Below, one piece after another: positions 1 through 10,079 of a DNA stretch of 64,000 bases. This DNA is from Naegleria gruberi (lineage: Eukaryota): the NCBI GenBank assembly GCA_000004985.1, contig GG738845.1, one strand, 5' to 3'. Numbering within the stretch: position 1 is the first letter of the stretch; each line of letters starts with the position of its first letter. Below the pieces are notes generated by a model, which saw only the letters and a program-made list of their open reading frames with translations, made no database searches and was not told where the DNA came from. The position numbers and the translations under genes were made by a program.

Positions 1-546
1 CTTATTAACAAAATACTCAAGGTTAAATCCATATTTGTTCCTATTTTTGGAGAAACCTCCATAAAAAAAAGACCATTCCCAACGCCATAATTACCAGCCT
101 CTTCTCTTTTTAAAATATACGATTTACAAAAGTTTTCACAATCCTTAATAGATGAAACCTTTCTTGATGTGTCAGTTTTTGTACCTAGTAGCATTATATT
201 AACATTTGGAGAAAATTTTTCAAACCAGTCCAACCATACACTTGTTGCATTAATCCATGATTGATTATTACTTGTGTCATATACAATCAAAACAAAGTTT
301 GTTTTCTCTGAGAGAACTTCGTTATATGACGACGGAGGTTCCCCCCATCCAAAAACGTAAAAATCAACAAAATATTGATTGTTAATTTCCATTCTCGTTA
401 TTTCCGCTTGAGAATTTTTTCTTTTTTCAATGAATTTTCCATTCTTTTTACTTGCACTCCAACTTGAAACTACACTACTCTTTCCAACAAACCGATCTCC
501 ACAAACAAGAACCTTAATCACTGTTTTTTCAGTTAGTTGAGGCATT
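1..546 (-). CDS. Divergent Ras-superfamily small GTPase-like protein, C-terminally truncated by the window edge (ATG at 546)
   Basis: Reverse-strand translation begins MPQLTEKTVIKVLVCGDRFVGKSSVVSSW, a GxxxxGKS P-loop. WGEPP replaces the usual DTAGQ, and LLGTKTD replaces NKxD. The ORF runs off the window start and is absent from the ORF track. Confidence 0.5.
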
Positions 547-636
547 TTTTTATGATATTAAAAATACTGAAGGCAAAATAATTGTAATTTTTCAAGTTAC
601 CAACTTTAAAAAACTGTAATACCAATAAACCAGTGA

Positions 637-1014
637 TTGTTGATGTCAGACACTGTAAAGAAGCTTCATTCGGTTTCTGGACGAAGTTTTGCACAACCAA
701 CAATTAGTAGTTTGAATCTATCAAAAAGTAACCAAGCAGGAATACTCTCCCCTATTCGGAAAAGACAAACTCCTCAAGCAGATTTTGCAAACAAACAATT
801 TAAAAAGGAGAATGTAAGGAAACCATCAGCACCTCCAAATCAACAAAAACCTTCCGATAACAACATTGTGACATCAAATAAGCAGATAGACAAGAAAGAG
901 ATTCTAAGAAGGCAAATATACGCAACCAATCACATGATGAAAATAATAGAAAATCAAAAGTGGGAATTATTAAAAAAGGGGCGTCATAACTCAAATGCTT
1001 CATATACCTTATAA
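637..1014 (+). CDS. Hypothetical protein (125 aa), basic and S/K/Q-rich
   Basis: Open reading frame only; no recognisable domain. Confidence 0.25.
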   Translation: MLMSDTVKKLHSVSGRSFAQPTISSLNLSKSNQAGILSPIRKRQTPQADFANKQFKKENVRKPSAPPNQQKPSDNNIVTSNKQIDKKEILRRQIYATNHMMKIIENQKWELLKKGRHNSNASYTL

Positions 1015-1155
1015 TATTATTATATACACTTAATTTAAAAACTGATTAAATATTCCATAATTCTATCTCCTTTCAAAAACAATCACAGAATATTGTCATA
1101 ATTTCCGTTATCAGTTGGTAAGTTGATAGAAAAACAGTCATAAATTTAAAGTACT

Positions 1156-1164
1156 TTGGCGCCA
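1156..1164. promoter_or_regulatory. E2F-like GC element TTTGGCGCC, about 45 nt upstream of the PACRG ATG
   Basis: tactTTGGCGCCataaaat in an otherwise more than 75% A+T intergenic region. Confidence 0.35.
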
Positions 1165-1207
1165 TAAAATTTACAGCATTAAATCAAAACAAAAAAAAAT
1201 ACAAAAC

Positions 1208-2296
1208 ATGGACACCAATAATTTAGGCCAAGGTCCAACTGCAGATTTTAAAGGAGAATATGTTCATCCTGTTGTCTCTGCAAATAAGGGAACAGCATCA
1301 TCACTGTTGCTTGAAGAATACACCAAGACCCACATTTGTAAAAATCCTTTGAAAGGAGGAGGAAAACAATCCAGGCCCGATGCAACTTTTCTTCCAAAAT
1401 CAAGTGAATCTCCTTTTGGAAGTTTCCCAAATGAAATGAAGCCAAGAACAATGAAGACTCAAAGAATTCAATCATCGACAGAATCTTCCCTTGATTCAGG
1501 ATTGGTTGGTTCTAAAATGTTGTCAAGTAAAACTACCTTGGAAAAAACTGAAAAGGGAACTTTCATGTGGAGCTCTAAGAAAATTGGATCTGGAGGAGCC
1601 TCAAGCTCTTTAAGAGAAGGTAAAAAGCCAACACCTCCACCAAAACCTGTTGCTGGTGCAATGGAAAGAAGATCCATCCCAGAAACACAATTCAGAAAGT
1701 TTTACGAAAGAGGAGACTTACCAATCTCTATTAAACATGAGGGAACAAATGAAATCCATTGGAAAGTTAAAGCTGAAAAACTCGATTATCATCACTACCT
1801 TCCAATATTTTTTGATGGGTTAAGAGAAAAAGAAGAGCCATATAGATTTTTAGCAGTGCAAGGAACATTTGATTTGTTAAAATATGGTAAAGATAAGATT
1901 GTGAACTGCATACCACAACTAATTATTCCAATCAAGAGTAAGTAATATTACTGTAATATTCCATATTCTTTTACCCTAAAATAAGCTGCTTTAAATACAA
2001 GGGATCCTGAAATTATATGTACAGTACTGAAAGTAATCCAACAATTAGTTTTATCAAATGAGAAAGTTGGTGAAGCCCTAGTTCCTTACTATAGACAAAT
2101 TCTTCCAATTTTCAATCTCTTCAAGACCAATAATATCAATCTTGGAGATGCCATTGAATATTCTCAAAGAAAGAGACTAAATATTGGTGATTTAATTGAA
2201 GAAACTCTTCAACTGTTAGAGCAAGAAGGAGGTGAAGATGCATTTATTAATATTAAATACATGATTCCAACCTATGAATCGAGCGTGCTCAATTAA
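1208..2296 (+). CDS. PACRG: Parkin co-regulated gene protein (PACRG) homolog; join(1208..1937,1986..2296)
   Basis: [45 protein letters not shown] and the C-terminal [12 protein letters not shown] are near-identical to animal PACRG. The 48-nt intron runs gtaagt...ataag. Stop is TAA at 2294-2296. Confidence 0.9.
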
Positions 2297-2378
2297 ACAA
2301 TGTTTCCCCTTGTATAGAATCCAAAAATAAACCCTTTCTTTAAAACGTCACATTTTAAATTTCATCCAAATCAAAAAA

Positions 2379-3363
2379 ATGGTGGAAAGTACGTTACCTC
2401 TGTCAATTAACTCATTATTTTAATATTTATTAGAACATACTATTGGTATTTTTGGTCCTTATGCTGTCGGAAAAACAAGTGTTTCAGGTTAGTTTCTTGA
2501 GAATTTCTACTAATTTCTAATTAAAATTATAAAACAGTACAATTTGTGGAAAATAAGTATACGGAAACTCATGATCCTACAATAGGTTAGTTGACTAAAT
2601 AATATTTTGATTAAAAATTATTCAAAAGAGGATTACTTTGAAATAACAAAGAATATTAGAGGAATAACATCTAACATTACAATATTGGATACAGCTGGAC
2701 AGGAAAGGTTTGTTATTCACTAATAATAATAATAATATTTAATAATTTGAAAGCTATCAAAGTTTATTATCGGGTTTGTTTCTTTAACACTTTTTTAAAA
2801 TAATATTTTCAAAAACAGATGCCATGAGTGAAGCCGAAGGTAAGATTTATAAATTTATAGTTTAGGATTAACTGAAATTAAAAGGATTTATTTTGGTATA
2901 TAGTGTTGTGGATAGAGAATCTTTTGAAAAAGTTCAAAAATTGAGAGAAAAAGTAACAATGGTACAAAGTGCAACTGTGCCAGTTATTCTTGTTGGAAAC
3001 AAAGCTGATTTAGAAGATGAACGTCAAGTTTCTACTAGTGAAGCAGAGCAACTTGCGCATGGAGTTGGATGTCCCTTCATTGAAGCATCAGCAAAAACTG
3101 GACTAAATATTGAGAAAATATTTGAGTTGATTGTTTGTCAAGTTAGAAAATCAAAAGGTCTAAAAATTTCACTAGATGGAAATAATGACGATTTACCAAA
3201 CATAATCTCTCAAACAACAACAAATGATAACTCATTACATGTTTCCAATGAACCCTCAACACCAACTTCCCCTAATCAAAAAAAAACAAGGAAAAATTCA
3301 AACAGTAAAGATACAAATCTTAATTCCCCAAACAATAAGAGAAAGGATTGTGATATTCAATAA
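2379..3363 (+). CDS. Ras-family small GTPase (Ral/Rap/Rheb-like), 7 exons; join(2379..2388,2434..2487,2538..2585,2629..2707,2754..2773,2819..2839,2885..3363)
   Basis: G1 motif IGIFGPYAVGKTS; YTETHDPTIEDYF; switch II ILDTAGQE; GFILVYSVVD; ILVGNKADLEDERQVS; EASAKTGLNIEKIF. There is no C-terminal CAAX. The two micro-exons (20 and 21 nt) are inferred because they keep frame and preserve the switch II length; those boundaries are moderately uncertain. Confidence 0.7.
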
Positions 3364-3480
3364 AATTTATTTCAATAAAAGTAAAAATACATGTTCAATT
3401 CAAAAAGTACTGTATTATTGGAATGAAAAATTCAATTTCAATCTTTAAAAAAAAATAATAAAAAAATTTGAAAAGAAAAA

Positions 3481-6396
3481 ATGGCCCAATACCTAACTAC
3501 AAAGGCCGAAAACGCTCTCAAGAGAACGGCTGGTATGTAATTATTCATCACTTCATTAAAAATATTAACCAATTTTCTTGCAGATTACATCCAATCTGAA
3601 CAATTAAATTTAGCTTTCCTTGAACTTGGAGCAATTGTCTCTAAATTCGGTCGTCAAATCAAAACATGGCACGAAATTTATGAAGATGTTGCTAAAAGAT
3701 TCATCAAGGTATCTGTAGAGTTAAGAAAAGCCCAAGAAATCAAGAACGTCCTTTCTTCATATAGAATTCTCTGTCAATCAAGCGAAATCAAATCATTTGG
3801 TAATGTTATTTTGTTGTACTTGGACCAAGCTGAAAAACGCACACAAAAGGCTATCGAAAAGTCCAAGAGCAAATCCTTGACTCTCGAAAAGGATTTAGAA
3901 AACGAAATTCCAGAAAACATCCTTCTTTATGAAGTTTCCGGAGAAGGATTAAAGGATAGAACTGACCGTGAAATTGTTACACCATGGATGAGATTTTTGT
4001 GGGAAACCTATAGATTGGTACTCGAACTCTTAAAGAAGGATCCACAATTAGAATCCATCTATCATGAAACTTGTAAGAGAGCTTTTGATTTTTGTCTTAA
4101 GTATGAAAGAAAGACAGAATTTAAGAGACTTTCTGATCTTTTACGTGCTCATATCAAAGGTGTAGAAATGTCATCTTACGAAAGCATTGCACAATATCTC
4201 TCTGCTCGTTTCTTCCAATTAACTGTTGCTATCAAATTGGATTTATGGCAAGATGCTTTCAAGAGTGTCGAAGACATTTACTATTTGATTTCTACATCAA
4301 AGAGTGTTGTTATTCCACAAGCAGAACTCTTGAATTACTATGAACAGTTGACAAAGATTTTCTGGACTTCAAAGAACTACATTCTCCATGCTTATGCTCA
4401 CTATAAGGCTTTTGCAATTCATAAGAGTATTTCTAATTCCTCTGTATTGCAAACCTCCGCTAACAGTTTGTTACTTTCCACTCTTACCACTCCATCAAAC
4501 ACTAGTAATGAAACTCTTCCAACAGACTTTATTTCTGTTAGAAATGAAAGAAGATTAGTTTCTCTCTTAGGTTTGAGTGTTCCACCAAGTAAAGAGCTCC
4601 TTGTATCTGAATTAGATGCCAAGAATGTAACACAATTAGTAGATACTCAATTGAGAGACCTTTATAGAATTCTTGAAGTTGATTTCAGTCCACTTAAAAT
4701 GTGTGAAAAGATCAAGCCAATTTTAGAATATGTCAAATCAAAGGAAGATTTAGCTATTTATTATGAACCTCTTAAACAAATTACTGTTACAAAATTGTTA
4801 CAACAACTTGCAAGAGCTTTCCAAAGTATCAAAATTGAAACTGTATCCAAGATGGCTGATTTTGTATCTTTAATTCAACTTGAAAAGATTCTTGTTGAAA
4901 ATGCAAACACTGGTAAAATTCAAGTTATCATTGATCATGGAAAGGGTGTTTTGGTATTCGGTAAATCACCAAGAACTTTCGATGCTAATGATGTACATAA
5001 TCAAATCGCCTTGTTCGGTAAAAGAATTCATGATGTCATTGATATGATTCATCCAGAAAGAAAGGAAGAAAAGGAAAAGAAGAGAAAGAAGTTCATTGCT
5101 GATGTTTCTAAGAAGCTTTCTCCAGAAATTGAACAAATTTCTATCAGAAACGACTTTATTAGAATGAAAAAGTTGTGGCACGAACAAGAACACAAGAGAG
5201 CCTTGGAAAAGGTTGAAGAAAGAAAAGTTGAACTTGCCAAACAACGTGAATTGGAAGAAGAAAGAATTGCCCAACAAGAAGCCAAGAATAGAGAAGAAGA
5301 AAAGAAGAGAAGAGAAAGAAAAATTGCTGAAGAAAAGAAGAAGAGAGAAATTATTGATATGATTACCAATAATAACACTAAAGCAGAACAAGATTTGTTA
5401 AAGGTAGCCAATAAGTCTCTCAAAAAGAAGCTCACTTCCCTTATTGAAATGGAAATGGATGACATTATCGAACTTAAGAGAAGCGAAATTCAACGTGAAA
5501 AGAAGGAAAAGGAGAAGAAATTGGTAGAAAAATCCAAGAATATGGACTATCTTGAAATTACTAGACGTGAAATTGAAATGCCACTCTTTGATGATTATAA
5601 TAAGAAACAACAACAATCAAATAAGGAATCATTCGATAGTTATGTCAGTAAGCAAAACCTTGAACTTCAAAAGGAGTTAACTGAAATGAGACAAAAGAAA
5701 CAAGAATTATCCAAATACTTTGTTGATACTACATACTTTGCATCTGAATTTGTTTTGAAGAAGAGAAAGGAAGAATTTGAAAGATTAAAGTCAGAACAAG
5801 ACAAGAGAAAACAACAAAAGAAGGAAGAATGGGAAACTAAACGTGTTGCTATTATCGAAGAAATTGAAAGAAGAAGAAAGAAGGAAGAAGAAGAAAGAGA
5901 AATCAGAAGAAAGGAAGAAGAAGAACGTAAAAAGAAGAGAGAACAAGAAATGGAAGAAGAACGTAAAAAGAAGGATGAATATGATAGAATTCAAAGACAA
6001 AAGGATGAGGAATATTATCAAAGACAAAAGGAAAAACAAGCTGAAATTGAAAAGAGACTCCAAGGCCAACAACAAACACCAAAGAAACAAGACAGATGGG
6101 GTGGTTTGGATAGTGAATCATCTTCACCATTTGGTGGTGCCAAGAAGTCTAGTGGTTATGTTCCTCCTCACTTGAGACGTCAAGAATCTGCATCTGATGC
6201 TCCAAAGGAACAAACTGAACAAAAGCCAGAAACTAATAATAGACGCTTTGCTGGATCCGATGAATCTTTCTCTGCCTTTGGTAAAAAGCCAGCAAGTGGT
6301 ACAGGCGGCTCAAGTGGCTCAAGTGGTGCAGGTGGTAGAGGTGGATTTGGTAGTAACAACAACAACCGTGATGGTGGCGATAGATGGAGAAAATAA
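3481..6396 (+). CDS. EIF3A: Eukaryotic translation initiation factor 3 subunit A (eIF3a); join(3481..3532,3584..6396)
   Basis: N-terminus reads MAQYLTTKAENALKR. PCI-region matches include SGEGLKDRTDREIVTPWMRFLWETY and FKRLSDLLRAH. A long R/K/E-rich coiled region and a C-terminal RGG/GGS tail follow. The 51-nt intron runs gtatgt...tgcag. Confidence 0.85.
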
Positions 6397-6463
6397 TCGT
6401 CTTATTAAATATTATTTATTGTTAAACATATTTTGTTTTTTAATTGGATTTTTAAATTAAAAA

Positions 6464-7036
6464 ATGTCATCAAAAAAGGATTGGAAAATCACTGTTGTGA
6501 CAAATAATGAAGGAAATATAAAACCATTCAATTACATTAGTGGTGTAGCTGTTGAATCATCTTCTTCTTCAAATACTACCAAGGATATCTCGGAAAAGAA
6601 GAAACAACAATTGGATCTCAAACAAAAGAAATGTTGGGAATTTGCCACAAGTCCTTTCCGTGGTTTATTCATGAATGTTTTTCTGATGTGGATGATTGGA
6701 AATCAAATCAATATTTTCCCAATAATTTTTACTGCTATGGCCATTATGAACCCTATTAAAGCCATGCTAGGAATTGGTCAAGGTATGTGTTATTGGTTTT
6801 CATAAATTTACTAATAATTCTTTAAAGCTTTTCAATCTTTCGACTCGGAAGAGGGAGGAAAAATTAATACAATCTTGCCAAAAATTGTTTACTTTTTACT
6901 TCAATGTGTATCTTTAGGAATGGCAGTTGTAAAACTATTTTACATGGGTCTGCTGCCAAACGAATCCGATTGGGCTCACACAACTCCTCTCCATCCAACT
7001 GAATTTGTTGTTCCTTTAGTATCAAACAATATGTAA
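6464..7036 (+). CDS. EMC4: ER membrane protein complex subunit 4 (EMC4/TMEM85) homolog; join(6464..6782,6828..7036)
   Basis: KKCWEFATSPFRGLFMNVFLMWMIGNQINIFP and MGLLPNESDW match the EMC4 core. The 45-nt intron runs gtatgt...tttaaag. Confidence 0.75.
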
Positions 7037-7076
7037 ATTCAAATTGAATTAATAAAAATCAAAAAAAAATTAAAGA

Positions 7077-8142
7077 ATGAAAAAGAAGGTTCTATTGATG
7101 GGAAAGGTAGGTTGACAGTTATGTACTTTTCTCTGATCAGAGGTTTAAAAACCCGATTAAAGAGTGGAAGTGGTAAAACTTCAATGCGTTCTATCATTTT
7201 TGCCAATTATATTGCTCGTGATACAATGCGTCTCGGAGCTACTATTGATGTAGAACACAGCCACGTTAAATTTCTTGGAAATTTAGTTTTAAATTTGTGG
7301 GATTGTGGTGGTCAAGGTTGGTGTTTAATTATTCTTAAATAACTGTATATTTAATTATTTTATAATTTTAAAAAGAGGCATTCATGGAGACCTATCTTGA
7401 ATCACAAAGAGATCACATTTTCCGTAATGTAGAGGTTCTTATATATGTTTTTGATGTTGAAAGTAAAGAATTGACTAAAGATTTGGCTTATTATCATGAT
7501 TGTTTGGAAGCAATAATGCAAAATTCGAAGAATGCCAAAATATTTTGTCTCATTCACAAGATGGATTTAGTACCAGAAGATCAAAGAGACAAAATTTTCC
7601 GTAAAAAGGAACAAGAACTCAGACAATTATCATCACCAATGAAAGTAACTTGTTTCCGTACTTCAATATGGGATGAAACACTCTACAAGGCTTGGAGTAC
7701 TATTGTTTATAGTTTAATTCCTAATATTCAAAGTATTGAGGCAAACCTTGATAATTTTACAAAGATTTGTGGAGCTGATGAGGTAGTTTTATTCGAAAGA
7801 GCTACATTCCTTGTGATATCACATAGTACAAGCCATGAACATCCAGACGTTCATCGTTTTGAGAAAATTTCAAATATTATCAAACAATTTAAAATCAGTT
7901 GTTCAAAGGCACAATCTCAATTTCAAAGTATGGAGGTAAAGAATTCTCAATTTTCTGCTTATATTGAAGGTTTTACACCAAACACATATATTATGGTTAT
8001 ATTGAGTGATACAAGTATACAGAGCGAGGCTGTTCATATGAATATTAGGGTTGCAAAGAAGCACTTTGAAAAGTATTTGAAAGTTTCAACTACAGAGGGA
8101 GGTCAACAAATTGCCTATGATCCTTCTTCCAATGTTTTGTAA
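7077..8142 (+). CDS. RRAGA: Ras-related GTP-binding protein A/B (RagA/Gtr1); join(7077..7106,7163..7316,7376..8142)
   Basis: [31 protein letters not shown]; NLWDCGGQ; [24 protein letters not shown]; [10 protein letters not shown]; [11 protein letters not shown]; [13 protein letters not shown]. Introns of 56 and 59 nt. Confidence 0.85.
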
Positions 8143-8156
8143 AGTAAATTAATGAT

Positions 8157-9844
8157 TTATTGTAATTTGACAGGTCTCTTTTGATGTTCCACATTTTTCC
8201 ACTCCTCACCTTCTTGTGTTGGTGCACTTTTCAAAAGGCTTTTCATTAGCAATTCATAAGTAGAGTGATGAGGTTCAAATTCTTCTCTTAATACCAGGTT
8301 AAAATTCTCCTCTGTTGTTGAGTGAATTGACAATTCCAAAACCCACCAAAATGAAGGCACAAAAAGAATTTCATGTTCCTCCAATTCTACAGAAATTGCA
8401 ATTGAGTTTTTAAGGAAATTATTTTGAGTTTTTAAATTTTCCACAATATTAAAAGGATCAATTGAGGATATCACTGTATGACTATGAATTCCAGTCCATT
8501 GTTGAAATTTCCAATCCATCACTGAAACTTTTGGTTTCATACTATCAGAGTGTAGAGGATCAAAAAGAATAAATTTTGTTTTGCCCTTAATTTGAATAAA
8601 AATACTCTCCTTATTTGTTTGATAAATAGGGAGGACAAAATTGTTTAACAAAATATCATCAGAGTATGATAATCTCATAGAGATAGATCTAAAGTGTAGA
8701 GATTCTCTAACAATATTTGGTTGAAATGGTAGTGAGTTAGTCAACCATTTTTGATTGATTTTAACTATCTGATATGGAATCATAAATCCACCTTTTGACC
8801 AGTAAGTATTGTAATATTAAATCTTTTGACCTACCTGGTTTGTGATTGCTTCTCAATCTTTCATAATTATTATAATGATCCATTTGGTCATTCCATGTTG
8901 ATCTCTTCCAAGAAAATGATAATTTTGGATTTTGTAACGCATTTTCTATTTGAAAACCTGAGCCAGTTATTAAATCATCAATAATTGCCTGAGTAGATGC
9001 AATACGTTCAAATCCATCAGCAAACAAAACAGGTTCATCATTATTTTCGTATTTTTGATTCTTAATATTATTTAAATTAGAAACAACACTATCTCTTATT
9101 TGAGATTGATCTGCAACATCTGTTTCTATATGATGTTTAAATGGAAATTCCTCTGACATTTGCCCTAAAAGTGGAAACACGTTTGATTTGATTTGAGTTT
9201 TGATTTGGTCTACTCCATGGAGAGGTTTCTGAGTAACAATGAAAAATTCTTGTTTTTTTAAATTATCAATAAAGGTGTAATGCCATCCAGCTTTGAAACA
9301 TTTCCATTCTCTTCTAGGTAAGGTTTTTAAACCTGAAAGTTTTACTGGTCGTCCATTTGCAATAAAGCTACATATTAAGAAAATATTTACAAATTTCACA
9401 ATGAATTCATTTTGTTGTAACTTACTATTTGAAAAATATAGTTCCTTTTGGAAGTTTTTCTCTAAACTCAGGTACTCTAGTTCTATCACCACGATCTTCT
9501 CCCTCAATTTTTTCAATACTTCTCTCTAAATGTACTAATTGTTCTTCATCTCTATCGGGAGATGTTCCACTGAATAACGTATGATCCTGATTTAATTTTG
9601 AATTCCATAATCTCATATTCTCAAATACTTTTCGCGTCACAAATTCATAAGTCATTTCTTTATGGTGTAGAATATTAGAAACTGGATTAATTTTGTTTCC
9701 TTTCATAAATCCAAACAATGGAGCAAACACAACAGATCCAATAAGACATCCAATAGTAAAAATCAACAATAGAATTAAAATGTTTAAAATTGCCATTTTT
9801 TCACTTTCCAATAATTCACCATTTGATTTATACAAATCCATCAT
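8157..9844 (-). CDS. Type II (signal-anchor) membrane protein, about 528 aa, possibly a Golgi glycosyltransferase-like enzyme; complement(join(8157..8791,8835..9367,9426..9844))
   Basis: The N-terminal exon encodes a single TM (ILNILILLLIFTIGCLIGSVVFAPLF). Three ORF-track ORFs join in frame through introns of 58 nt (gtaagt...atgtag) and 43 nt (gtaggt...caaaag). The family could not be assigned from sequence alone. Confidence 0.45.
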
Positions 9845-10079
9845 GATTGAATGGGAAAACTATCGTCATCAAGTTTCTTCGATTCTTGTTCAATTTGGTT
9901 TGATGACATTTTTTTAAAACCATGGAAGATTTTGCTTGGATCAAAAAGGTTCTCACCAAATAATCAAGTTCATAAGAAAAAATTGTCTCTTGTGTGAGTC
10001 TCTCTACAACAGAACATACGATCAACACGAATCATCACATCATCTTGTTTACCAATTTAATTTGTAATAATTTTTTGAA

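Noticed and set aside
4966-6130. Antisense ORFs (4966..5391, 5049..5465, 5398..5616, 5791..6090, 5903..6130 on the minus strand; 5843..6175 on the plus strand in an alternative frame) inside eIF3a
   Set aside because: They sit within the K/E/R-rich repeat region of eIF3a. The F/L/S-rich or K-rich translations are the expected by-product of reading AAG/GAA repeats in other frames, not independent genes.
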